NCBI GenBank assembly: GCA_038065255.1
Contig: JBBTRI010000004.1
Coordinates: 15,080 to 79,079, forward strand
DNA: 64,000 bases
Direction: 5' to 3'
Source: Patescibacteria group bacterium
GTDB taxonomy: Bacteria; Patescibacteriota; Patescibacteriia; JACQRZ01
In this document: positions 28,518 to 38,214 of the stretch, one piece after another
Layout: every line of letters starts with the position of its first letter
Numbering within the stretch: position 1 is the first letter of the stretch
Notes under the pieces: generated by a model
Told to the model about the DNA's origin: nothing
Databases searched by the model: none
What the model saw: the letters and a program-made list of their open reading frames with translations, nothing else
Translations under genes and position numbers: made by a program

Positions 28518-29258
28518 CTAGTGGTGCGCTTCTTCGGTTGCCATTTTGATAAACACGATCGTGAGCATGGAAAACACCAATGCCTGGATAAAGCCAACAA
28601 ACAACTCAAGCGCCATAAACGGCAGAGGTACAATATACGGCACGAGCGTGTACATCACGATCAAAAGCACTTCTCCGGCAAAAATATTGCCAAACAAACG
28701 AAAAGAGAATGACACCAATTTTGCCACTTCTGAAATCAGTTCCAAAATCCCAACAAAAAAACTTATGGGGCTTTTGAAATTTAAAAATTTTGAAATATAT
28801 TTGGAAAACCCAATACTCATGACGCCGACCACCTGAATAGTAATAACACTGATAAGGGATAATGCGATAGTAAAGTTAAGGTCGGCCGCACTCGCACGAA
28901 TAAACGGTATAATAATTCGCTTTCCTTCATGTTCTTCCCAAAGCCCCACAGATCCCATGCCGGGTAAAAGCTCCGTCCAATTTGTGAGAATGATGAATAA
29001 GAAAATAGTTGCAATGAGAGGAAAGAATCTTTTGGTCTGTTCCTTATTGCCCATGACGCCTTCAACAATCCCAAACAAAAAATCGATAACAACCTCTGCA
29101 ATATTTTGAGCGCCCCTCGGCACGAGCGTAAGCTTGCGCGTTATGACATATCCCGCAACGCACAAAAAAACTATGATGATCCACGAAATCAGTATACTGT
29201 TCGTAACAGGAAACGAACCGATATGAAAAAGTGTTTCTGCGCTAATGGAGATATTCAT
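28518..29258 (-). CDS. atpB: Fo a subunit
   Basis: PRGAQN..E, SFSFRLFGNIFAGE (essential Arg), FIQALVF. Confidence 0.97.
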   Translation of the reverse strand: MNISISAETLFHIGSFPVTNSILISWIIIVFLCVAGYVITRKLTLVPRGAQNIAEVVIDFLFGIVEGVMGNKEQTKRFFPLIATIFLFIILTNWTELLPGMGSVGLWEEHEGKRIIIPFIRASAADLNFTIALSLISVITIQVVGVMSIGFSKYISKFLNFKSPISFFVGILELISEVAKLVSFSFRLFGNIFAGEVLLIVMYTLVPYIVPLPFMALELFVGFIQALVFSMLTIVFIKMATEEAHH

Positions 29259-29509
29259 AGTTCTTTTTTATCTGAAGGCGAATTAGATGTATCATCAAGG
29301 ATTTCTTTTGTTTTGCGATACACAAGCACCGTTGAAATCACAATTGCAAAGAGAATACTTATAAGCAGAATAAGTGGTTTTGTTTTGAATGTAGAATCAA
29401 GAAATGCACCAAGAATCGCAAACCCAACAAGCGGCAATGCAATGAAGTACCCCATTTCAAGCGCTATGCCAAGCGCATGAAATTGTTTATTTTGTTCATT
29501 CTGTGCCAC
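29255..29509 (-). CDS. AtpZ/AtpI-family (ATPase gene 1) small membrane protein
   Basis: G..IALP.VG...LGAFLD..F.TKP two-TM pattern, overlapping the atpB start. GTG start at 29509 is tentative. Confidence 0.8.
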   Translation of the reverse strand: MAQNEQNKQFHALGIALEMGYFIALPLVGFAILGAFLDSTFKTKPLILLISILFAIVISTVLVYRKTKEILDDTSNSPSDKKEL

Positions 29510-29640
29510 ATTCAAGAGGTTTTTATAAAAACTAACAAGGACATTTGAAATGTCTTCATATAGTATAGTATACCACCTATAGGCATTTTTTGCAATTGAT
29601 GCCATTGACAATAACTAACTATAATGCAATACTTTGTTTT

Positions 29641-30048
29641 ATGAATTCCTCTATTCCCCAATGTATTCTAGTAGCTGAGGACGATGATATGATATGGGAA
29701 CTTGGGATTAGGAAATTATTCACTGTTCTTTTTCCAATCAGCAAACTCGTGCGCGCTCGGAATGAAGCAGAAGTATACATTGCCATTGCCAATCAGAAAC
29801 CCGACCTTATCACAATGGATGGCACTCTTGCTGACGGATCTCAAGGCCTAGCCATCGCGCGCGAACTTCGCACGCTCGATATTCAAGCTCCTATTGTTAT
29901 GCTTTCAGCCGCAGGGATGTCGGGACAAGAAATACGTGAGGCAGGCGCACAGGCCTACTGCCTTAAAATGGATATGTCAAAAAAACTCCCGGGCATCTTT
30001 GCCCAATTGGGATTTGCAACAGAACAAAACCCCGGCCGTTCACATTGA
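29641..30048 (+). CDS. Stand-alone response regulator receiver (CheY-like)
   Basis: ILVAEDD...PDLITMD...IVMLSA...AYCLK. Upstream TTGACA-17-AATACT (29605-29633) ends 7 nt before the ATG. Confidence 0.85.
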   Translation: MNSSIPQCILVAEDDDMIWELGIRKLFTVLFPISKLVRARNEAEVYIAIANQKPDLITMDGTLADGSQGLAIARELRTLDIQAPIVMLSAAGMSGQEIREAGAQAYCLKMDMSKKLPGIFAQLGFATEQNPGRSH

Positions 30049-30060
30049 GCGGCATTTTTT
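30035..30060 (+). terminator. Intrinsic terminator
   Basis: GCCGTTCA-cat-TGAGCGGC followed by ATTTTTT. Confidence 0.55.
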
Positions 30061-30859
30061 ATTCCAACCTAAAAAGCCGTTTGGCATTTTCTGTCGTTTG
30101 CCGTGCCACTTCTTCAGAAGATACGCCTCGTAATGATGCGACCTTGTCTACAACGAATTCAACATACATAGGAACATTGCGCTTTCCTCGAAATGGCACA
30201 GGAGTTAAATAGGGCGCATCTGTTTCTACAAGCAATTTTTCCAAGGGAAGATTTTTGACAATCTCGTCGTACTGCGATGCAAACGTGATAATGCCGGTGA
30301 ATGAAATAAGAAAACCCAGTTTCAAATACACCTCCGCCTGTTCGAGAGTGCCGGTAAAACAATGCAGCACGCCCCGCTCGCTATCCCCTTCTTTCCACTC
30401 ACCAAATGAACTGCTAAGTATCTCGATAATTTCTGTGTGAGTATTGCGGCTATGGATAATAAGTGGTTTTGAAAGTGCTTTTGATAGTGCAATATGCCGT
30501 TCAAAAAGCTCCTGCTGACGAGTTTTTTCCTGCTGAATATCAATTCCTTCCGGCAATCGATACCAATCAAGTCCTGTCTCCCCTATTGCAACAACTTTGA
30601 ATGAAGACGCTCCTAGCTGAAAAAATTTTTCATACTCAAAGACCTCCCTAGAGTCGTTAGGATGCTGACCCACGGCAGCCCATGTATGCGCGCCGATTGA
30701 TTCCGCACATTGGATAGCGGCAGCGCTGCTTTCGTAATCGCAGCCGACAATAATCATGCCAATGTTACTTCTCTGCGCTTGAGCAATAACATCATCACGA
30801 TCTACATCGTACTGTCGAAACTGAATTTGACAATGCGTATCAATAAGTCTGAGTGGCAT
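30059..30859 (-). CDS. tatD: TatD-family nuclease
   Basis: IDTHC, GQHP, IGETGLD, IHSR, LHCFTG, VETDAPY. Confidence 0.95.
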   Translation of the reverse strand: MPLRLIDTHCQIQFRQYDVDRDDVIAQAQRSNIGMIIVGCDYESSAAAIQCAESIGAHTWAAVGQHPNDSREVFEYEKFFQLGASSFKVVAIGETGLDWYRLPEGIDIQQEKTRQQELFERHIALSKALSKPLIIHSRNTHTEIIEILSSSFGEWKEGDSERGVLHCFTGTLEQAEVYLKLGFLISFTGIITFASQYDEIVKNLPLEKLLVETDAPYLTPVPFRGKRNVPMYVEFVVDKVASLRGVSSEEVARQTTENAKRLFRLE

Positions 30860-30868
30860 ACGATTCAG

Positions 30869-31594
30869 CTATTTTTTCTTTTCAGAAGGCGCTGCCTTTT
30901 CCGACTTTGAATTTTTTGAATTCTTTGCTGATTGTTCCTGTTCTTTAAGTATTTCATCCAAAAAGCCTTTAAGCTGTTGGTACTCTTTTGAATTCATGTC
31001 AATATTCAACTTGCTGGGATCGATATTTTTTAGCTGATCAAGGTTAATATTTTTCGGATCAATAATACTCGGCAATCCCTGTGGCAGCTTTGAGGCATCA
31101 GGCAATAGCGGTGTAAGCATGGTATTCACCGTATTAATTACCGGCAGAAATGGTGACTGCTTTAATTGCTCTGTAAGTTTTGTCGAAAAAGGAAAATGCA
31201 GCAGAAGAAAAACGGTTGCACTTACCAATAACACTCCTTCAAGTACGCCAATAATGCCACCCAGCAGCCTATTGGTAAACTTCATGAAGGGCGCAAATGA
31301 AAAAATACGAAACATGTAGTCCGCAATGCTTATAACAATGCCAAATGCAAATTGTGTGCCAAAGAATAAAAGGCCATATGCCGCAACTACCGAAAGTTGT
31401 TGCGCAATAATCTGCCACTGGGAGAATGATGGTTTGAGATAGACTGCAACGGCAGGGTGGTATGTTGCAGCAATCCATAGAGCAAGGAAAAATCCGGCGA
31501 TCGATCCGATTTGCTTAATAAATCCGCGGACAAACCCCATGAGGAAAAAAATGGCAAGGATGATGAGGATAATAACGTCGGGGTTGAAAGACAT
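30869..31594 (-). CDS. cvpA: CvpA-family membrane protein
   Basis: D.IIL...GFVRGFIKQ...NRLLGGIIG; extended C-terminal tail. Confidence 0.85.
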   Translation of the reverse strand: MSFNPDVIILIILAIFFLMGFVRGFIKQIGSIAGFFLALWIAATYHPAVAVYLKPSFSQWQIIAQQLSVVAAYGLLFFGTQFAFGIVISIADYMFRIFSFAPFMKFTNRLLGGIIGVLEGVLLVSATVFLLLHFPFSTKLTEQLKQSPFLPVINTVNTMLTPLLPDASKLPQGLPSIIDPKNINLDQLKNIDPSKLNIDMNSKEYQQLKGFLDEILKEQEQSAKNSKNSKSEKAAPSEKKK

Positions 31595-31603
31595 ATGCTC
31601 TCG

Positions 31604-33115
31604 TTATGGCAATGGTGGAAAAAGGCTTTCGCTCTTTGTAATATGTTCTATTGGGACACTGCTGATCGTGCGTGATTGTTCACATGTAAGTGATCGCTGT
31701 TGTTCTCCGATGCCAAGCTGTTCCCATATTTTTTCAGCTGTTTTGGGCATAAACGGATAGACCATTACACTGATATGGCGCAATACTTCTACAAGCGTTT
31801 GTATAACAGCAGTATAGCGGGCTTTATCGCTTTTTGAAAGCGCCCACGGCTTTTGCTGCTCGATATACTTATCGCCAAATGATATGAGATTCCATACTTC
31901 ACTGAGCGCTTCGTCGGGGTGATACTCTTCCATTGCATGCGTCCATTCATTCCAACACTCTCCAATTGCATCCTTTGCCTCGCTATCTAGAGACACCGGC
32001 GAAGCAGAATTATATTCTCGCGATGCCATTGTTGCTACGCGACTCGTAAAATTACCCAAACCTTTCGCAAGATCCGCCGTGTAGCGCTCTTTAAGACGAC
32101 TAAAGGAAAAATCACCATCTGAACCGAAGGGAATCTCACGCGCCAGAAAGTAGCGAAGCACATCATTGCCATAACTTTGCGCCAATGCAACAGGATCGAT
32201 TGCATTGCCCATTGATTTGCCCATTTTGTGTCCATCGATAGTAAAAAACCCGTGCGCAAATACTCTTTTGGGAAGCGGCAGGCCGGCAGCCATCAACATT
32301 GCAGGCCAGAGAGCGCAATGAAACTTGATAATATCCTTGCCAACCACATGCATATCCGCAGGCCAATGTTTACCAAACAGTTCATCATTCCATCCATACC
32401 CCACACCCGTGAGGTAGTTGATAAGCGCGTCGAACCAGACATAGATGACCTGGGACTCATCAATAGGAATCGGGATTCCCCACTTCGCACTCTGTCGCGA
32501 GATACTAATGTCTTCCATGTGATGTTCGATGTAATTGCGGATTTCATTACGGCGGCTTACCGGCTGGATGAAATCAGGATGCGCATCAATATGCTCAAGA
32601 AGGCGGTCGCGATAGCTTGTCAGTTTGAAAAAATAATTCTCCTCCTTGATTTCTTGGGGCGGGCACGGATGATTGGGACAGTTGCCATTCACCAAATCAC
32701 TCTCACGCACGAACGCCTCGCATCCCGTACAGTAGAGACCTGTGTATGTTCCTTTGTAGATGTCGCCTTTTTCATGGACGGCGAGAAAAAACTTTTTTAC
32801 CCCTTGTTTGTGCCGTTCTTCAGTGGTGCGAATAAAATCCGTATAAAGGATATCTAAACTGTCCCACGTACTTCGCCACAACGCTGATTGCGCATCAATA
32901 AACCGCTGAATGTCTGTTTCTCCACTTTTAAGAGCTGCATCAAGGCTCCCCTGGCTATTCTCATCCGTACCGGTTAGGAAAAATGCGTCTTCACCCTTCA
33001 TGCGATGGTACCGTGTAAAAATATCCGCAATGATCGTGGTATATGCATGCCCGATATGGGGTTTGTCATTGATATAATAAATCGGCGTGGTGATGGTGTA
33101 GGATTTTTGCGGCAT
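31604..33115 (-). CDS. metG: Methionyl-tRNA synthetase (short form)
   Basis: YINDKPHIGH, CTGC/CPNH knuckle, YVWFDAL, GKDI, KMGKS. Confidence 0.97.
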   Translation of the reverse strand: MPQKSYTITTPIYYINDKPHIGHAYTTIIADIFTRYHRMKGEDAFFLTGTDENSQGSLDAALKSGETDIQRFIDAQSALWRSTWDSLDILYTDFIRTTEERHKQGVKKFFLAVHEKGDIYKGTYTGLYCTGCEAFVRESDLVNGNCPNHPCPPQEIKEENYFFKLTSYRDRLLEHIDAHPDFIQPVSRRNEIRNYIEHHMEDISISRQSAKWGIPIPIDESQVIYVWFDALINYLTGVGYGWNDELFGKHWPADMHVVGKDIIKFHCALWPAMLMAAGLPLPKRVFAHGFFTIDGHKMGKSMGNAIDPVALAQSYGNDVLRYFLAREIPFGSDGDFSFSRLKERYTADLAKGLGNFTSRVATMASREYNSASPVSLDSEAKDAIGECWNEWTHAMEEYHPDEALSEVWNLISFGDKYIEQQKPWALSKSDKARYTAVIQTLVEVLRHISVMVYPFMPKTAEKIWEQLGIGEQQRSLTCEQSRTISSVPIEHITKSESLFPPLP

Positions 33116-33160
33116 AGTATGGATCAGACTGTATACGATAGAGGCGATTTTAGCAATATG

Positions 33161-34615
33161 CTACGGCGTCAATTTCATGTTTGGCGCCATAAATTGCGGC
33201 TGCATTTTTTCCATGTCTTCAGCTTCGATTTCTATCGTATCGCTCGTTGAGATTTTGAGTTTCATTGTCCGTTCGGGTTTTAAGTGATTATGGTAATAAT
33301 ACTTCCCGGGTTTGGTAAACGTATATTCAAAATACGATCCCGGCGCGATGCTTTTTAAGGAGTTAAATTCAGGAACTGAAGTATGCGTCGGATGTGGATC
33401 TGCCGCAATCCATAGATCGTGTGATGATGCGTTATAAAAATAGACTTTCTTTCCCACTTTGCCGTAATTCCAGAAGTCATGCGCCTCATCTTTATAACAA
33501 ATCACATCAAGTGTTTGATAGCTCGATGCCCGCGACTGCTCGCATGCGCGTCCACTCGTGAGATCATCAAACCCTTTTGACGTATTCTGTTTTGAATTGA
33601 GATTTTTGGTCGATTGTATCAATGATTGAAGTGTTTTGCCTGTATTTTTTATGTCTTTTACGATGCGTTCATAGACTCCGCGAATGCTTCCCGGGGGAAC
33701 ACTCGGGAATTCATCAATATCATCATCAAGATTGGTGATTGTTTCTTTTATATCAGCAAGTGCGTCTTGGAGATCTTGTTTTTCCTCATCTCCATCCTGC
33801 CACTTGAGGGATGGTTCCAATTGGAGTGCCAAATCCTCATAGGTTTCCAGTGTACTCTTTAGTTGAGTGCTGGCTTTCTGGAGTTCAAATACTGGTATGC
33901 GCTTACTCAAAATCCCGAGAGCAATAAGCTCTCGCACAGCCAATTCGATTGCGGATCTCTCTTTTGCCTGTTCAATTCTATTTCCAATTGCACGAACTTT
34001 TTCCAGATCGGCTGTAAGCGGCTGAATAAGATTTTCCAGTCCTAAATAACGAGCGCTTTTCATCGCATCATCAAGTCTGCGAGTGCGCAACACTACCTCT
34101 GCCTTTCCCGCCGCAACCACTTTTTTGATGCCGTATTTTTTTGATGGTTTGGGAAGCTTAGGCATTCTCTCTGACAATGCTTTCGGTAAAGGTCCCGATT
34201 GAAGCTGGGGCACCTTTGTTCTAAAGATATCCTGTTCCTTCTTCTTTACAACAAGCACGTCGGACTCATGGTCGGGCCGCAAATGATTATGGTACTCCCA
34301 ACTCCCCCTTTTCTTGAACGTATATGACCATGACTGGCCAGGAAGAATCATTCCTGAATCAAGATCAGACAAGAGATCGTGGGTTGGATGGCTACCTGAC
34401 GCCACATTAAGGTTTTCTTTAGAATCATTTCTAAAAAGTATCTTCGTACCCTGCTCAATGACGGCAGATCCGGAAAAGAATCCCTCTTCGTCATAGCATT
34501 GTACTTCGGTTTTCGGTTCTGAAGACCCGTTGCAAAAACGCGCCGCATCCGCTTCTTGGATAGAAAAAAGAAAAAGGGCGCTCATAAATCCAATAAAAAA
34601 GAATAGTCTATGCAT
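33161..34615 (-). CDS. Secreted protein with two cupredoxin-like domains joined by a coiled coil
   Basis: Signal peptide (..ADA|A). Twice: HPTH...PG.S..YTF.K.G...YHNHL.P. Confidence 0.75.
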   Translation of the reverse strand: MHRLFFFIGFMSALFLFSIQEADAARFCNGSSEPKTEVQCYDEEGFFSGSAVIEQGTKILFRNDSKENLNVASGSHPTHDLLSDLDSGMILPGQSWSYTFKKRGSWEYHNHLRPDHESDVLVVKKKEQDIFRTKVPQLQSGPLPKALSERMPKLPKPSKKYGIKKVVAAGKAEVVLRTRRLDDAMKSARYLGLENLIQPLTADLEKVRAIGNRIEQAKERSAIELAVRELIALGILSKRIPVFELQKASTQLKSTLETYEDLALQLEPSLKWQDGDEEKQDLQDALADIKETITNLDDDIDEFPSVPPGSIRGVYERIVKDIKNTGKTLQSLIQSTKNLNSKQNTSKGFDDLTSGRACEQSRASSYQTLDVICYKDEAHDFWNYGKVGKKVYFYNASSHDLWIAADPHPTHTSVPEFNSLKSIAPGSYFEYTFTKPGKYYYHNHLKPERTMKLKISTSDTIEIEAEDMEKMQPQFMAPNMKLTP

Positions 34616-34699
34616 AAGAACACATGGTTAATAATAGGTACTTATAGAGTATCACAATGGGGGTGTATCACGCCAGAGAATATAAAAAAAGACGCGGAA

Positions 34700-35203
34700 T
34701 TAGCGCGTCGAGCGGTCCATGGGGACCCACTTCATAAGCAATTCGGCAACATGCCAAATATACTTGTCATGGTTCTTTTCAGCAACTGGACATTCTGTAT
34801 AAATACCGCTCCCGTCATTAAACTGTACGGCAAGTCCATAATGCTGTGGGCCATTGGGCGTCTTCAGCCACATAAGGTTTCCATGCAGAGTAATGGACCC
34901 CGTCGGTACTTGTGTGCGGTGATCATTCAGGATCTTATTAACTTGCGCACCCAGCTCTTTGGCATTGGGACCCAGAAATACAATCTCTTTCACGGGGAGA
35001 TTGTTGTACTTTGTTGATTCCCCTCTATTTGAGAATAAAGATAATCCACAAAACACCACAGCCATAACAACCACTATCATAGGTAGCCAAAGAAATGGCG
35101 GTAGTCTAAAAGTAAAGGTGTATTCGCGTTCGAATAGTGTATCTAGTGTATCTTTTGAAGGAACTACAATCTTACTCTCTTCTCTCATCTCTCTTTTTGA
35201 CAT
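34700..35203 (-). CDS. Hypothetical single-TM protein
   Basis: 167 aa with one TM; TTGACA at 35231-35236 upstream; GACGCG/CGCGTC terminator at 34691-34709. Confidence 0.6.
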   Translation of the reverse strand: MSKREMREESKIVVPSKDTLDTLFEREYTFTFRLPPFLWLPMIVVVMAVVFCGLSLFSNRGESTKYNNLPVKEIVFLGPNAKELGAQVNKILNDHRTQVPTGSITLHGNLMWLKTPNGPQHYGLAVQFNDGSGIYTECPVAEKNHDKYIWHVAELLMKWVPMDRSTR

Positions 35204-35325
35204 CCCTATCTAAGCACATTTTTGCCTTTTTGTCAAGACCCCCACATTCTGCAATCTAAAATACGGGATGCGACTCCCTAGACAATTCTCATGATTTGTG
35301 CTATACTTTCGAAAGTACAAAAAAG

Positions 35326-35778
35326 ATGAAAATTCAGGATCCTCTTGATGTGAAGATAAAGACAAACGTCTGTGTACGCTCGCTCCTTGAATTCGGTTTT
35401 CCCAAAGAGTATATTGCCGCAGAGCTTCATGTTCCATTAGATCGCGTCACTGAAGCGGAAAGCATGTTTGGAGGCCCCGATTCCTTCCCTCCGCCTGTCA
35501 CTGACTCCATGCAATATGTCGTGCGATTCAATACGTTTCTGAATAATCCGGGTACGCCAATCGAAGACGCACAGCTTCTCTCCTCGATTGACAAAGCGCG
35601 TGCGCGCATACTTGCCAGCATTATGGCTCAATGGTTTGATTGGTGCCCCCATGCAATGGCTGGCATGGTCAAAAGCACAATTGAAGCGACAGAAAGAGCG
35701 CGCAGAGTAGGTGGCACGTATGCGATAGGAATTGCCTTTGTTGAATACCAAGATCATCCACCCAACAACCAGCACTAA
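35326..35778 (+). CDS. Hypothetical protein with a possible N-terminal HTH
   Basis: GFPKEYIAAELHVPLDRV is HTH-like; promoter TAGACA-17-TATACT at 35279-35307. Confidence 0.6.
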   Translation: MKIQDPLDVKIKTNVCVRSLLEFGFPKEYIAAELHVPLDRVTEAESMFGGPDSFPPPVTDSMQYVVRFNTFLNNPGTPIEDAQLLSSIDKARARILASIMAQWFDWCPHAMAGMVKSTIEATERARRVGGTYAIGIAFVEYQDHPPNNQH

Positions 35779-35832
35779 CCGCTGGTTTTATTTTTTTTTG
35801 AAATAAAAAAACCGGCGATTCCATGGCCGGTT
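35767..35832. terminator. Back-to-back convergent terminators
   Basis: AACCAGC/GCTGGTT with a T-run (plus strand) and AACCGGC/GCCGGTT with an upstream A-run (minus strand). Confidence 0.7.
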
Positions 35833-36826
35833 ATTGCGTGTGCTGTTGCGCCCTACTTTCCGCTTCGCGCTTGTCAACAACATCTTTCGCATTTCCGATT
35901 GCTTCAAGTAATTCATTAAGATTGTCTTGTGCTCTCTTCCCTGCTTCAAGCAAGTACTCGCACTCCCATACTTTTCGTCCCTCGAGCATTCGGACAAGTG
36001 TAGCGCTCTTAATATCGAGAAGAATTCCTGAGCGCTCATCTATGTCACGGATGAGATTCCTCATAATATCATAATTATCCTTTGGCCCGCGTTCTGCAGC
36101 TGCCTTGGTGGCGTGACCCTGTACGCTTTCCAGATATTTCATGATATCGTGCCGTGCAGCGAATTGGCGCTTACCAACAATTCTTGTCGCAAGAAAACTC
36201 TGTGCCGTATGATCGAGAGTTGTAAGAAGGATCGCATTCGAAAGCGTCAGGCGCTTGTCTTCCGGGGTTGACGGTTCAAGAAGGTGTTGAACATCAGGAT
36301 GAAGATTGTTCAAGCTTAGATGCTGATCGACCCATCCAACTGACTTTCCGAACATTTGAGCAATCATCTTTCTGGGTCTGCTTTTGCCGTCCACAAGCCG
36401 AGAGCTCATCCGCAATACCATGCGAGCATGCTCCATGGGAGTGTGCCCATCCCGGCAGAAATTGGCAATCGCAGAACTCTCAAAGCGTTCGTCATCGTCG
36501 ATGTCTTCTATGAATCCCCGAACCTCGCAGCGAAGCCATTCAATATTAACTTCTTCAAGAAATGATCCCTGCCAACGGCATTCGCCATCAATAAGGCCGA
36601 GACGATAATCGGGATTATTCTGAACGATTAGTGTAATCAAGCTCGATTCTTGGCCATGCACTTTCATACTCAATCCCTTTTCGCGAACTTTCATGGGATC
36701 AAAATAGATGCGCGGTTGGCCTGCGAAACGTTCAATGCGGTCACGATGGGCCATAACAACCATTCCGGGGCGTAGTTCTATTTCATGTGCGAAGGGATAG
36801 ACAATCGAAGCATTCGTCATACTCAT
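35831..36826 (-). CDS. ParB/Spo0J-like protein (ParB N-terminal domain plus HTH)
   Basis: QPR.YFD...SMKVHGQ...LIDGECRW...ANFCRDGHTPMEHA...IAQMFGKSVGWVDQHLSL..L.P.VQ. Confidence 0.82.
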   Translation of the reverse strand: MSMTNASIVYPFAHEIELRPGMVVMAHRDRIERFAGQPRIYFDPMKVREKGLSMKVHGQESSLITLIVQNNPDYRLGLIDGECRWQGSFLEEVNIEWLRCEVRGFIEDIDDDERFESSAIANFCRDGHTPMEHARMVLRMSSRLVDGKSRPRKMIAQMFGKSVGWVDQHLSLNNLHPDVQHLLEPSTPEDKRLTLSNAILLTTLDHTAQSFLATRIVGKRQFAARHDIMKYLESVQGHATKAAAERGPKDNYDIMRNLIRDIDERSGILLDIKSATLVRMLEGRKVWECEYLLEAGKRAQDNLNELLEAIGNAKDVVDKREAESRAQQHTQ

Positions 36827-36953
36827 GATGAAATGTACAGTAAGTCAATAATAAGTAACCTTAAAAAAAATACAAGTGCACACTTGACATACTGCGGGTA
36901 TTTTCTAATATCACATTGATGAAACGAACAGTATTGTTCCTTACAATTCGACC

Positions 36954-37631
36954 ATGACATACGAACTTGTAGATATTGCCAGAGGTATTGCGCAGCACTT
37001 CACAAATCAGCCAAGTACGGTGCTTGGTACTCATGCTCTTTGGGATCGGGATGGCATGCGCCTAGCATTAGTTAAACTCATTATCCGCTATACCAACTAT
37101 TGCAACCGCTATGATTTGGAGATGTTAGATATCGATTTACTTGATTTCATCGCATGCAATGAAGACTTCAATGCCCGCTATGGCATGCGCGCTCCACGAC
37201 TCTATATCGGTATGATCATCGGCATTGCTGCACATCTGAATCTCTTTGAATATATGCCTTCGTACCAGCAGTCATCCCAAGATATGCGAATGGGCACAGA
37301 TGGCAATCATGAAAATGGCGATGTTCCTGAAGAACTTAAACGCATCAGCATATTCGATCTTCTAAGAATTGAGCCTATTCACTATGCAGATTCGCTTGTA
37401 GCTGCTCTGCCGTGCATGGCGCACTCGCATGCATTTCTTTCATCGCTTATCTCTCGTAGTTTTAAGTATGAGGTATTCCGAAAACTCAAGGGCTATGACC
37501 ATCTCTTTGGTTGGAGTGAGTACGTTCATGCACTTGCCGCTAAAACGCTCCTCCTTCCCGGAATCAAACAAACACCGAGAGGAATATGCATTGACCGCGA
37601 TATACTCTTAGCTCACCATGCTGGCAAATAA
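36954..37631 (+). CDS. Hypothetical protein overlapping a sigma-factor gene
   Basis: 225-aa ORF; TTGACA-16-TAATAT at 36884-36911. Confidence 0.6.
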   Translation: MTYELVDIARGIAQHFTNQPSTVLGTHALWDRDGMRLALVKLIIRYTNYCNRYDLEMLDIDLLDFIACNEDFNARYGMRAPRLYIGMIIGIAAHLNLFEYMPSYQQSSQDMRMGTDGNHENGDVPEELKRISIFDLLRIEPIHYADSLVAALPCMAHSHAFLSSLISRSFKYEVFRKLKGYDHLFGWSEYVHALAAKTLLLPGIKQTPRGICIDRDILLAHHAGK

Positions 37632-38214
37632 TCAATTACGCGAACTTCTTGTCGCTTATCATCAGAAGCCGAATACTTCACAACTCGCCGCCCTTGCCAC
37701 CGAACTCTATCCGCTCATAAATAAGGTCTATACGAGCCTGCATATTGATTATTCATGGAATAGGGACCAACTCACCAGCATAGGACACGGGAAACTTCTA
37801 CATCTTCTCACAAACAAAGAAATTCTTCGCGCACAATCCGTTCGCGCATTTGTAATTCAGAGCCTAAAGAATGCTATGCTTGATGCCCTAAAACACCAAC
37901 ATGAAAGTGTTGGCATCGAAGATGATGTGCGAAACGAAATGGCAGAGATAGCCATTCCCGGTCCGGATGAACTATTGGCAGATGATGTTGCGAATGAAAC
38001 ACGCCTTCTTGCCGCAATGGATGCTCTTGAATCACTTCCGCTCGATCGAAAAACAATGCTCTATTTGTACTACTTTGCAGGCTGGACGTTCCAAGAAATT
38101 GCGGATTCATTCGGCTGGGGACGAGGCCTCAAGGGACATACATCGGTGCATGTCAAGCGTTCCACGCAGGAACTGGCAGAGTATCCCGGCCTATGGTCGC
38201 TGTATCACTTATGA
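37618..38214 (+). CDS. Alternative sigma70-family factor (regions 2 and 4)
   Basis: DQLTSIG..KLL...AFVIQSLKNAMLDALK (region 2); ALESLPLDRKTMLYLYYFAGWTFQEIA (region 4). Confidence 0.75.
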   Translation: MLANNQLRELLVAYHQKPNTSQLAALATELYPLINKVYTSLHIDYSWNRDQLTSIGHGKLLHLLTNKEILRAQSVRAFVIQSLKNAMLDALKHQHESVGIEDDVRNEMAEIAIPGPDELLADDVANETRLLAAMDALESLPLDRKTMLYLYYFAGWTFQEIADSFGWGRGLKGHTSVHVKRSTQELAEYPGLWSLYHL

